From contig JAYNQW010000006.1 of the NCBI GenBank assembly GCA_038114465.1, forward strand, positions 43,059 through 107,058: a stretch of DNA of 64,000 nt, written 5' to 3'. Of the stretch, positions 26,622-35,936 are shown piece by piece. The position numbers were made by a program, and so were the translations under genes. Origin of the DNA: Rhodospirillaceae bacterium. Lineage in GTDB: Bacteria > Pseudomonadota > Alphaproteobacteria > Rhodospirillales > CALINB01. The notes beneath the pieces were generated by a model. The model made no database searches. It was not told the DNA's origin and saw only the letters and a list, made by a program, of their open reading frames with translations. Every line of letters starts with the position of its first letter. Positions within the stretch are counted from its first letter, which is position 1.

Positions 26622-28289
26622 ATGTATCGCTATGATGACTTCGACCGCACGCTGGTGACGGAGCGTGCCGTTCAATTCCGGGATCAAGTGAAGCGCCGCC
26701 TCGCCGGCGAAATCACGGAAGAAGAATTCCGCCCATTGCGGTTGATGAACGGGCTTTATATGCAGCTGCATGCCTATATGCTGCGTGTTGCTGTTCCTTA
26801 CGGCATGCTGTCGTCCGAACAGATGCGTAAGCTCGCACACATCGCCAAGCGGTACGACCGCGGCTACGGCCACTTCACGACGCGCCAAAACATTCAATAC
26901 AACTGGCCGAAACTTGAAGAGGTGCCGGACATCCTCGACGAGTTGGCAGATGTCGAAATGCATGCCATTCAAACCAGCGGGAATTGCATTCGCAACACGA
27001 CGGCCGATCAATTCGCCGGTGTCGCGGCGGACGAAATTGAAGACCCGCGTCCCTACGCCGAAGTCATCCGGCAATGGTCAACGCTGCACCCGGAATTCGC
27101 GTATCTGCCGCGAAAATTCAAGATGGCGTTAACCGGCTCGCCCGTCGATCGGGCCGCGGTTCGTTTTCACGATATTGGACTGTTAATGCGCAGGGGCACA
27201 AACGGGTCGTCCGATCAGACCGGCTTTCAAGTGATGGTCGGCGGTGGATTAGGGCGTACCCCGTTTGTGGCTAAAACGATCCGGGAATTCCTGCCGAAAA
27301 AAGATTTACTTTCATACCTGACGGCAATCATGCGGGTTTATAATTTGCTTGGCCGGCGCGATAACATGTTCAAGGCCCGGATCAAGATCCTTGTGCATGA
27401 GACAGGCACGGATAAGTTCACGGAGATGGTTGAAGAGGAATGGCAGCATCTCAAGGACGATCCGGCGTACGAATTACCTGAAGCTGAGCTGCAACGGCTC
27501 AAACCGTTTTTCGCACCGCCCGCCTATGAAACCCTTGAGGCGACGGTACCGCCGTTCGAAGAGAAGCGCTTGGCCGATCAGGCTTTCACCCATTGGGTGG
27601 CGCGTAACGTTGCGGAACACAAAATGCCCGGCTACGGGATCGTAACCGTCTCCCTGAAACCCGTCGGGGGTATTCCCGGTGACGCAACGGCGGATCAAAT
27701 GGATCTCATGGCGGATCTGGCGGACAAATACAGTTTCGGCGAAATCCGCGTGACCCATGAGCAAAACCTCGTATTGGCGGATGTCAAAAAAGTCGAGCTT
27801 TACGATTTATGGCAGGAGTTGAAACGCGGTGAGTTGGCGACGCCGAATGTCGGGCTGGCGACGGATATTATTTGCTGTCCGGGTTTGGATTATTGCGCCA
27901 TCGCCAACGCGCGTTCGATTCCGATTGCGCAGCAAATCAGTCAGCGTTTCGGCGATTTGAAATTGCAGCACAACATCGGCGATCTTAAAATTAAAATGTC
28001 GGGCTGCATTAATGCCTGTGGCCACCATCATGTCGGTCATATCGGCATTCTCGGCGTCGACCGTAAAGGCGAAGAGTATTACCAGGTTATGCTCGGCGGC
28101 GATGCCGGGGAAAATGCGGCGATCGGAAAAATTTTAGGCCCGGCTTTTTCAAAAGATACCGTCGTCGATGCTGTCGCGGCGATCGTGAATACGTATTTAT
28201 CGGAACGCGAGGACGGCGAAGCGTTTCTGCAAACTTATCGCCGAATCGGCGACGAGCCGTTTAAGGAGCGCTTGTATGGTACTGATTAA
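26622..28289 (+). CDS. cysI: Sulfite/nitrite reductase hemoprotein
   Basis: LRLMNGLY, HFTTRQN, TSGNCIRN, LPRKFK, CCPGLDYC, SGCINACGHHH; followed by DUF934. Confidence 0.9.
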   Translation: MYRYDDFDRTLVTERAVQFRDQVKRRLAGEITEEEFRPLRLMNGLYMQLHAYMLRVAVPYGMLSSEQMRKLAHIAKRYDRGYGHFTTRQNIQYNWPKLEEVPDILDELADVEMHAIQTSGNCIRNTTADQFAGVAADEIEDPRPYAEVIRQWSTLHPEFAYLPRKFKMALTGSPVDRAAVRFHDIGLLMRRGTNGSSDQTGFQVMVGGGLGRTPFVAKTIREFLPKKDLLSYLTAIMRVYNLLGRRDNMFKARIKILVHETGTDKFTEMVEEEWQHLKDDPAYELPEAELQRLKPFFAPPAYETLEATVPPFEEKRLADQAFTHWVARNVAEHKMPGYGIVTVSLKPVGGIPGDATADQMDLMADLADKYSFGEIRVTHEQNLVLADVKKVELYDLWQELKRGELATPNVGLATDIICCPGLDYCAIANARSIPIAQQISQRFGDLKLQHNIGDLKIKMSGCINACGHHHVGHIGILGVDRKGEEYYQVMLGGDAGENAAIGKILGPAFSKDTVVDAVAAIVNTYLSEREDGEAFLQTYRRIGDEPFKERLYGTD

Positions 28290-28770
28290 AAACGGCCAAG
28301 CCACCAACGATCCCTGGACGCGTGTCGCCGATCATGACGCCTTGCCTGAGGGGCCTGCGTTGATTTCGTTAGCCCGCTGGCAGCAGGAAAAAGAAACATT
28401 AAAAAAACGCGAAGCCCCTTTGGGGGTGGTTCTGAGCAGTGCAGATCATCCGTCATTGATTGCGGATGACCTGAAGAAGTTCGAATTAATTGCTCTCGAG
28501 TTTGAGGTATTTCGGGACGGCCGGAATTTTTCAACCGCGCGGGTCTTGCGCGACCGCTATGGCTTTACCGGCGAAATCCGGGCGGTCGGTCATATCCTGC
28601 GCGATCAATTTTTGTTCCTGCACCGGGCCGGTGTTGATGCGGTTGAAGTTCAGGCGGATGTAAAAAAAGCCGAAGCGGACTGGCAAAAGGCGCTCGCTGA
28701 AATCAGCGTATTTTATCAGGATACCCATGACGGGCGTGGCACCATTCTGCGCCGGCGGCATGGCCTTTAG
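28276..28770 (+). CDS. DUF934 family protein
   Basis: IAL.F..FRDGR.FS.AR.LR.RYGF.GEIRAVG..L.DQ; usual neighbour of cysI. Confidence 0.88.
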   Translation: MVLIKNGQATNDPWTRVADHDALPEGPALISLARWQQEKETLKKREAPLGVVLSSADHPSLIADDLKKFELIALEFEVFRDGRNFSTARVLRDRYGFTGEIRAVGHILRDQFLFLHRAGVDAVEVQADVKKAEADWQKALAEISVFYQDTHDGRGTILRRRHGL

Positions 28771-28958
28771 AGTTAAAAAACCCGGAATTCCAACATTTTT
28801 AACAAATTTGATGAAACTCAAAGACGGCTCTGCATGGCCCGTTGTAATATTTACATGGCCATCTTGGTTGCAATGAACAAAAAGCGACCATATTAATAAT
28901 TCAGGACTTTTTTAAGGAAAGTTCCGGTAGTATCCGGGGCGCGTAAAGGAGTTTCACT

Positions 28959-29975
28959 GTGGAAACAGTTGTTCGCCCGGGTGCGGATGTTATTACCGCC
29001 GATCAGCTTGATCCTTATCTCGACTTCGAGACCGAGATCGATCGTTTGCGCCGTGAAAACAACGCCGTCATTCTGGCGCACTATTATCAAGATCCGGATA
29101 TCCAGGACCTAGCCGATTTCGTCGGCGACTCGCTTGATCTGTCTCGGACGGCGGCAACCACGGATGCCGATGTCATCGTCTTTTGCGGCGTTCGGTTCAT
29201 GGGCGAAGTTGCAAAGATTCTTAATCCGGCACGGACAGTGTTGCTGCCTGATGCGGATGCGGGCTGTTCGCTCGAAGAATCATGTCCGCCCGATGAGTTT
29301 CGCGCGTTCCGCGAAAAGCATCCCGACCACATTGCCGTGACGTATATTAACTGCTCGGCGGAGGTGAAAGCGCTTTCCGATGTGATTGTCACGTCTGCGA
29401 ACGCCGAAACGATCGTGCGTCAATTACCGGCCGATAAGCCGATCTTGTTTGCGCCTGATCAACACCTCGGAAATTTTGTTGCCCGTCAAGCCGGCCGCGA
29501 TCTCACGTTCTGGCCGGGCTCCTGTATCGTGCATGATCAATTCTCCGAACGTGAACTGATTAAGCTGCAAAGCCAGCACCCCGAAGCGGATGTTATTGCC
29601 CATCCAGAGTGCATGGAGTCCATTCTCAAACATGCCGATCATGTGGGCTCGACCCGGTCGATCATTCAATACGCGCGCGATTCCCACAAACAGGAATTCA
29701 TCGTTGCGACGGAACAGCACATCATTCATGAGATGATGAAGCAGGCGCCGCAGAAATCATTTATTCCCGCGCCGGGCGCCGATGGTACCTGTAATTGCGC
29801 AAGCTGTCCGTTTATGGCCATGAACACGCTTGAAAAACTTTATCTGTGCATGGTCAACAACGCACCACGCATCGAGATTCCGGAAGACTTGCGCATTCTG
29901 GCGAAAAAGCCTCTGGACAAAATGCTGGAGATGACCCCGCCGGCGGCGAGCCCGGCACAAGCCGCAGCGGAGTAA
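28959..29975 (+). CDS. nadA: Quinolinate synthase
   Basis: ILAHYYQ, GDSL, FCGVRFM, AGCSL, YINCSA, CIVH, AHPEC, CPFM. Confidence 0.95.
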   Translation: METVVRPGADVITADQLDPYLDFETEIDRLRRENNAVILAHYYQDPDIQDLADFVGDSLDLSRTAATTDADVIVFCGVRFMGEVAKILNPARTVLLPDADAGCSLEESCPPDEFRAFREKHPDHIAVTYINCSAEVKALSDVIVTSANAETIVRQLPADKPILFAPDQHLGNFVARQAGRDLTFWPGSCIVHDQFSERELIKLQSQHPEADVIAHPECMESILKHADHVGSTRSIIQYARDSHKQEFIVATEQHIIHEMMKQAPQKSFIPAPGADGTCNCASCPFMAMNTLEKLYLCMVNNAPRIEIPEDLRILAKKPLDKMLEMTPPAASPAQAAAE

Positions 29976-30012
29976 AACCATTTCGATACAAGCCTGGGAC
30001 GCAATCGACCCT

Positions 30013-30819
30013 GTGATCGATGCGGCGATTGCCGAAGATGTTGGGGCGGGCGACATAACATCGCAAGCCTTGATCCCCGTCGATGCTCGTTATCACGGCA
30101 CATTGCGGGCCCGCGAGACCATGGTGGCCGCAGGCTTGGACGTTGCTGAACGCGTCTTCTTTAAAATTGAACCGGCTTGTACTTTTGAAGCAAAAGCCAC
30201 CGATGGCGATCAGCTTGAAAAAGGTGATATTCTCGCCAAAGTGCGCGGCCCGGCGCGTGGGCTTTTAACGGCCGAACGCACGGCGTTGAATTTTCTGCAG
30301 CATTTATCCGGCATCGCGACGTTGACGCGCTCTTATGCCGAGCTGATTGACGGGACAAACGCGGTTTTGCTGGATACGCGAAAAACGACTCCCGGTTTAA
30401 GAATTCTTGAGAAATACGCCACCCGCATGGGGGGCGCGACGAACCATCGTATGCGCCTCGACGATGCGGTCTTGATTAAGGACAACCACATCGCCGTCAG
30501 CGGTTCGATCGAAGAAGCCGTGAAGCGCGCCCGCGCAGCCGGCCTGACATCGATCGAAGTCGAATGCGACACCTTGGACCAAGTCGAACAAGCCGTTACC
30601 GCCGGTGCCGATATCATTATGTTCGATAATATGAATACCGAACAGTTAAAGCAGGGGGTCGCGTTGGTCGGCAGCAAGGCAAAAACCGAAGCATCCGGCG
30701 GCGTGACGTTTGAGACCATTCGTGCGATTGCCGAGACCGGTGTCGATACGGTTTCCGTCGGGCGAATTACCCAGTCAGCCCCCGCCGTCGATATCGGCCT
30801 TGATTGGGCCCTGGAGTAG
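30013..30819 (+). CDS. nadC: Quinolinate phosphoribosyltransferase (true start may be ATT at 29980)
   Basis: ED...GDITS, ERTALN, DTRKTTPG, NHR, IKDNH, EVECD, EASGG. Confidence 0.95.
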   Translation: MIDAAIAEDVGAGDITSQALIPVDARYHGTLRARETMVAAGLDVAERVFFKIEPACTFEAKATDGDQLEKGDILAKVRGPARGLLTAERTALNFLQHLSGIATLTRSYAELIDGTNAVLLDTRKTTPGLRILEKYATRMGGATNHRMRLDDAVLIKDNHIAVSGSIEEAVKRARAAGLTSIEVECDTLDQVEQAVTAGADIIMFDNMNTEQLKQGVALVGSKAKTEASGGVTFETIRAIAETGVDTVSVGRITQSAPAVDIGLDWALE

Positions 30820-30826
30820 GGACGTT

Positions 30827-31288
30827 ATGGCGACGCGGCTGTACGATAAAGAGTGGCGGGCCTTTGCCGAATGGTGTGAAGACCGGGGTTTGAAGTCGTT
30901 GCCGGCGCATCCTTGGACGGTAGCGGCTTACGTGCGCTGGTGTGAGCCGCGCCAAAATCTCCAATTTATTATCGATAGCCTGAAATCGATCACCCGGGTG
31001 CATTTGTTAAAGTGCCATCGCACACCGGAACGCAATGTGACAGTAAAGAAAATTCTGCGTCAGATCGAAGTGCGGGCCTTGAATAAAGACACCCGCGCGG
31101 CGTTATTCCAGGCCGAAGATTTCGCCGAAACCATGCAAAAGGCGGCTTCCAACGTCAAGGCCGAGAAAGATATCGATGATTTAACCACGCCGGTTTCCGA
31201 AGAAGAGCCCGAAGCTCTGGTTCTCAGGCGTTCCATGCGCTCGACCCCGAGACTCGTCCGGCGGCTCGAACGGCGTAACACGACCTGA
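30827..31288 (+). CDS. Hypothetical protein resembling the N-terminal (core-binding) domain of tyrosine recombinases
   Basis: Y...WRAF.EWC...G...LPA.P.TVAAYV...L..I...H; no catalytic R-H-R-Y domain. Confidence 0.65.
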   Translation: MATRLYDKEWRAFAEWCEDRGLKSLPAHPWTVAAYVRWCEPRQNLQFIIDSLKSITRVHLLKCHRTPERNVTVKKILRQIEVRALNKDTRAALFQAEDFAETMQKAASNVKAEKDIDDLTTPVSEEEPEALVLRRSMRSTPRLVRRLERRNTT

Positions 31289-31336
31289 TACAGTCTTCTC
31301 TTAGAAATGATACCGATTTACGTGCGGGTGTGACGA

Positions 31337-32530
31337 ATGCCGTCGTTTGAACATTACTGGCAAGCGTATCTTGAAACGCTTAAAGCGGAAAACCGTTTGC
31401 GCACCCTCGTGCCGGGCCGTCCGGACGGTGCTGCCGTTATCGAACGAAACGGTAAAAAGCTGATCAATTTTTCGTCGAATAATTATCTCGGCTTGGCTCA
31501 ACATCCGGCGCTGATCGAACGCGCGACGGCATGGACACAAAAGTGGGGGGCCGGAGCCGGCGCTTCACGGCTGGTGACGGGCACGCTGGAAATTCATACG
31601 GAACTTGAGGAAAAACTTGCGGCGTTTAAGAGAACCGAAGCAGCCTTGATTTTTAATTCCGGCTACCAAGCCAATGCCTCCGTCTTGCCCGCGATCTTCG
31701 ATAAAGAGGTTTTGGGTAATGCACCTTTGGTGTTTACCGATAAATTTGTGCATGCAAGCATTCATCATGGCTGTCATGCCGCCGGTGTCCGTCAAATACG
31801 TTATCGCCATAACGATTACGATCATCTCGAAACGCTGTTGCAAAAGCACGGTGATAACATCGCGCCACGTTTTATATTGACCGAGTCCGTTTTCAGCATG
31901 GACGGCGATTGTGCTGATATAACCGCGTTGACCGACTTGGCCCAGAAATATGACGCGTTTCTCTTTATCGACGAAGCGCATGCGACCGGCGTTTTGGGTC
32001 CGCAGGGCGCGGGTTTGTCGGCAATCATGCCCGGGCAAATCGATTGTGTGATGGGAACATTCAGCAAAGCGCTTGGTTCGTTCGGCGCGTACATCGCATG
32101 CTCGAATAAACTCAAGGACTATCTGGTCAATAAATGCGGCGGCTTGATTTACGCCACCGCCTTGCCGCCGGGTTTATTGGGCGCCATAGACGCGGCCCTC
32201 GATCTGGTGTCGTCATTGGATCGTGATCGCGCCATGCTTCAGGACAACGCCAAGCGACTGCGGCAATCGTTGAGCGACCATCAGATTGCCACGGCTGGTT
32301 CGACGACACAAATTGTGCCGGCGCTCACCGGTTCTGTTGAAGCAACCTTAATAGCCAGCCGCATGTTGGAAGATGCCGGCGTGCTGGGTGTTGCGATCCG
32401 CCCACCGACGGTACCCCAGGGATCGAGCCGGATTCGCTTCGCCCTGAGTGCCGCGCATACCGAGCAGCACATTCAAACGCTCCTGGATCTCGTGCCCGAG
32501 TTGGCGGCCTTACAGGCCAACGCATCATGA
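31337..32530 (+). CDS. bioF: 8-amino-7-oxononanoate synthase
   Basis: FSSNNYLGL, SRLVTG, SGYQAN, ESVFSMDGD, DEAH, TFSKALG, IRPPTVP. Confidence 0.95.
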   Translation: MPSFEHYWQAYLETLKAENRLRTLVPGRPDGAAVIERNGKKLINFSSNNYLGLAQHPALIERATAWTQKWGAGAGASRLVTGTLEIHTELEEKLAAFKRTEAALIFNSGYQANASVLPAIFDKEVLGNAPLVFTDKFVHASIHHGCHAAGVRQIRYRHNDYDHLETLLQKHGDNIAPRFILTESVFSMDGDCADITALTDLAQKYDAFLFIDEAHATGVLGPQGAGLSAIMPGQIDCVMGTFSKALGSFGAYIACSNKLKDYLVNKCGGLIYATALPPGLLGAIDAALDLVSSLDRDRAMLQDNAKRLRQSLSDHQIATAGSTTQIVPALTGSVEATLIASRMLEDAGVLGVAIRPPTVPQGSSRIRFALSAAHTEQHIQTLLDLVPELAALQANAS

Positions 32531-33177
32531 ATGCCAAGCCCGTCATCGTTTTTGTGCACGGCTGGGGATTCGATGCTCACTTATGGGACGGGATCTGTTC
32601 GGCCTTGGCGGATTTTCAGACGGTTACGGTCGATCTTGGGTTTCGCGGCGGCGGTACAAAAATGCCGGAAAAGATTTCCAGTCCGGTGATCGCCGTCGGA
32701 CATTCTTTGGGTTTCATGTGGTTGTTAAAAAACAAACCATTTCCCTGGCAAAAACTGGTCTCGATTAACGGATTTAGTAAATTTTTAGCCGCTGATGATT
32801 TCCCTTCTGGGCTCGATGCCCGTATTCTGAGCGTTATGACCGATCAATGCCGAAAAAATGCGCCGGCCGTTGTCACGGATTTTTTGAAAACCTGCGGCCA
32901 AAGCGAAGCCGTCGAAACCCTTGATCACGAGGCCCTTGTTCAGGGGCTTGCGTGGTTGCGCGATTGGGATATGCGAAAAACATTGGCCCGCGAAACAGCC
33001 CCCGTCATGGCTTTGGCCGGGCTACAGGATACGATTGTGCCAAAAGCACTGAGTGAAGCGTGTTTCCCCGCGCGAAAAAATACCAAGTTACATTGGCACA
33101 ATGGCGCACACTTGCTACCGTTAAGTGCGCCAAATTGGTGCGCCGACCGCATCCGGGAATTTGCCGTAAATTCATGA
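32527..33177 (+). CDS. bioH: BioH-like pimeloyl-ACP methyl ester esterase
   Basis: HGWG, GHSLG, D..VP, H; lies between bioF and bioC. Confidence 0.75.
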   Translation: MNAKPVIVFVHGWGFDAHLWDGICSALADFQTVTVDLGFRGGGTKMPEKISSPVIAVGHSLGFMWLLKNKPFPWQKLVSINGFSKFLAADDFPSGLDARILSVMTDQCRKNAPAVVTDFLKTCGQSEAVETLDHEALVQGLAWLRDWDMRKTLARETAPVMALAGLQDTIVPKALSEACFPARKNTKLHWHNGAHLLPLSAPNWCADRIREFAVNS

Positions 33178-33959
33178 CATCGCAAAAATTTAAAATCATT
33201 CATGCCTTCGACCAGGCATCGCCCCATTACGAGACGGCGGCGGGTTTACAAAAATCGGTTGCCGAAAATCTTGCTGGGAGAATTCAACGATTGCCGCTGA
33301 ATTCGAATCCGCGTGTTCTTGAAGTGGGCTGCGGGACCGGTTATTTGACACGAGCATTAATGCCCGCCATCGCCAATGCCGATTGGACCGTTTCCGATAT
33401 CGCGCCCACGATGGTCGAGCATTGCCGGCAATCGATACCGCATTCTTTCGATATCGAGTTTATCCAGATGGACGGCGAAACGCCGTGCGTTCAAGGCGGC
33501 TTCGATTTAATTTGTGCTTCACTTGTCTTTCAATGGTTCGAGGACCTTGAAACAAGTCTGGCGCGCCTCTCAAGTTTGTTGCGCCCCGGCGGTCATTTGG
33601 CGTTCGCAACCCTGGTGCAAGGCACCTTCAGTGAGTGGCGGGATGTGCACCGGATGTTCGGTTTGAGCGCGGCAACCCCGGCATTTCCGAGTGCGGCGAC
33701 CATTGACGGTTTTTGGCCGGACAATGATGAGGTTTCCGGTGAAGGCTCAATCGAAGAAGAAGCGATCCTGCAAACTTACGATACGGCGCACGATTTTCTC
33801 ATGACGCTGAAAGCCATTGGCGCGACGACGCCGGTGCGCGGACACAAGCCGTTGTCCGCCGGTTCAATGCGCCGTGTGTTGCGTCACTTGGACCGTAAAG
33901 GTTCATTGAAAATTACCTATCAAGTCGCCTACGGCATGTTTACACGGATGTCATCGTGA
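33174..33959 (+). CDS. bioC: Malonyl-ACP O-methyltransferase
   Basis: F..A...Y...A.LQ..VA, LEVGCGTG, FQWF, LKAIGA; biotin operon context. Confidence 0.88.
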   Translation: MTSQKFKIIHAFDQASPHYETAAGLQKSVAENLAGRIQRLPLNSNPRVLEVGCGTGYLTRALMPAIANADWTVSDIAPTMVEHCRQSIPHSFDIEFIQMDGETPCVQGGFDLICASLVFQWFEDLETSLARLSSLLRPGGHLAFATLVQGTFSEWRDVHRMFGLSAATPAFPSAATIDGFWPDNDEVSGEGSIEEEAILQTYDTAHDFLMTLKAIGATTPVRGHKPLSAGSMRRVLRHLDRKGSLKITYQVAYGMFTRMSS

Positions 33960-34606
33960 CCAGTATCGTTGACACGATTCAGAAGGCTGGCGGCGTGTTC
34001 GTAACCGGTACCGATACCGATATCGGCAAAACCGTTACCGCAGCGTGCTTGGTGCAGGCCCTCAAAGGTAATTATTGGAAGCCGGTGCAATCGGGCCTCG
34101 CCGACGGCACGGACACCGCGACGGTTCAAAATCTCGTGTGCCATGATGACCTTGTCTTGTTTCCCTCAATCTATGAATTGAAACAGCCTTTGTCTCCCCA
34201 CGAAGCAGCGCGTCGCGATGGGGTGAAAATTGCCATGAACCGGTTTCGGCTGCCGAAATCCGAACGGCCCCTTGTTGTAGAGGGCGCGGGCGGCGTGTTG
34301 GTGCCGCTCAACGAACGCGCGCTCATGATTGATCTCATTAAAAAGTTCAAGTTGCCGGTAATCGTGGTCGCGCGCAGTGGTCTCGGCACGATCAATCATA
34401 CACTGCTCACGTTAAAGGCGTTAAACGATAAAAAGTGTACCGTTTTGGGTGTGATCACCAACGGCTCGCGCAACGCGGCAAATGTCGCGGCTATCGAAAC
34501 CTATGGGCGTACGCGCGTGTTGTGGCAGCTTTCTCGGATCAAACCGTTAAATACCAAATCATTGGGCCGTGCCGCGATGCGTTTAGCGAAGGCGTTACGG
34601 GGATAA
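33956..34606 (+). CDS. bioD: Dethiobiotin synthase
   Basis: VTGTDTDIGKT, WKPVQSG, SPH, VEGAGG, LGTINHT. Confidence 0.95.
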   Translation: MTSIVDTIQKAGGVFVTGTDTDIGKTVTAACLVQALKGNYWKPVQSGLADGTDTATVQNLVCHDDLVLFPSIYELKQPLSPHEAARRDGVKIAMNRFRLPKSERPLVVEGAGGVLVPLNERALMIDLIKKFKLPVIVVARSGLGTINHTLLTLKALNDKKCTVLGVITNGSRNAANVAAIETYGRTRVLWQLSRIKPLNTKSLGRAAMRLAKALRG

Positions 34607-34610
34607 ATAA

Positions 34611-35924
34611 ATGAAAGACCCTAAAGCCATCATCGCTGCCGATAAAAATCACATTTGGCATCCGTTTACCCAGGCACAAACGGCACCCGATGCGATTCCG
34701 ATCGTGCGCGGCGACGGCGCAAAGCTGTTCGACGCCGATGGGAACGAATATCTCGATCTGATTTCGTCCTGGTGGGTTAACACTCACGGTCACGGCCATC
34801 CCAAAATCGCCGGAGCGATTGCCCGGCAGGCCGAACAGCTCGAACATGTCATCTTCGCCGGCTTCACCCACGAACCGGCGGTGAGGCTTGCGGAAAAACT
34901 ATCAAACGTATTGCCTGGCGATCTTTCCCGTGTGTTTTATTCCGATAATGGTTCAACGGCGGTCGAAGTCGCGCTCAAGTTGACGTTTCAGTATTGGCGT
35001 AACAAAGGTGAGGCGCGCAAAAAGTTTCTGGCTTTCGAGGGCGGCTATCACGGCGATACGGTCGGCGCGATGTCGGTTGGGCAAAGCTCCGGTTTTTTCG
35101 ATGCCTGGCAGGAGCTGCTGTTCGACGTCGGTACATTGCCGTTTCCCGCAACCTGGCAGGGCGATGACGATGTCGAAACAAAAGAAAAAAAAAGTTTTCT
35201 AGCGCTCGAGCAATACTTAAACGAACACGGTGCCGACACCTGCGCCATGATCCTGGAGCCGCTGGTGCAGGGGGCTGGTGGCATGCGCATGTGCCGGCCG
35301 GAATTTCTGAAATCTTTTGTGCAAAAACTGCAAACCGCCGGCGTGTTGGTCATCTTCGATGAAGTCATGACCGGGTTTGGGCGCACCGGTGATTTGTTTG
35401 CGTGCCGTAAAGCGGATGTCGTTCCCGATATCATTTGTCTCTCGAAAGGATTGACCGGCGGGTTTATGCCGTTATCGGCGACTGTTTGCCGCGATGAACT
35501 TTATGCGGTGTTTTTGGATGAAAGTTTTGACAAGGCGTTTACCCACGGCCATTCGTTTACGGCGAATCCCCTGGGCTGTGCCGCGGCACTGGCTTCGTTG
35601 GAACTGACGGTGTCTTCCGAAACGCAATCGCGGATCGATGTTATTGCTAAAATCCATAAGGACAGGCTCGAAAAACTTGCCGCGTTCGCGCCTTTGGAAT
35701 GTCCGCGCCAAACGGGGACCATCGCTGCGATTGACGTCAAAGCCGCTGATTCCGGCTATACTGCGGGCATCGGACCGGCCTTGAAAGCCTATTTCATGGA
35801 ACGAGGGTTATTGATTCGTCCGCTCGGCAATGTCATGTATGTGCTGCCGCCGTATTGTATCGCCGATGAAGACCTTCATCGTGCCTATGATGGCATTGAG
35901 GCGGCGGTGCAGACGATTTTATAA
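34611..35924 (+). CDS. bioA: Adenosylmethionine-8-amino-7-oxononanoate aminotransferase
   Basis: IWHPFTQ, SSWWVN.HGH, GSTAVEVALK, YHGDT, DEVMTGFGRTG, SKGLTGG. Confidence 0.95.
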   Translation: MKDPKAIIAADKNHIWHPFTQAQTAPDAIPIVRGDGAKLFDADGNEYLDLISSWWVNTHGHGHPKIAGAIARQAEQLEHVIFAGFTHEPAVRLAEKLSNVLPGDLSRVFYSDNGSTAVEVALKLTFQYWRNKGEARKKFLAFEGGYHGDTVGAMSVGQSSGFFDAWQELLFDVGTLPFPATWQGDDDVETKEKKSFLALEQYLNEHGADTCAMILEPLVQGAGGMRMCRPEFLKSFVQKLQTAGVLVIFDEVMTGFGRTGDLFACRKADVVPDIICLSKGLTGGFMPLSATVCRDELYAVFLDESFDKAFTHGHSFTANPLGCAAALASLELTVSSETQSRIDVIAKIHKDRLEKLAAFAPLECPRQTGTIAAIDVKAADSGYTAGIGPALKAYFMERGLLIRPLGNVMYVLPPYCIADEDLHRAYDGIEAAVQTIL

Positions 35925-35936
35925 GGGGAGAGCTGA

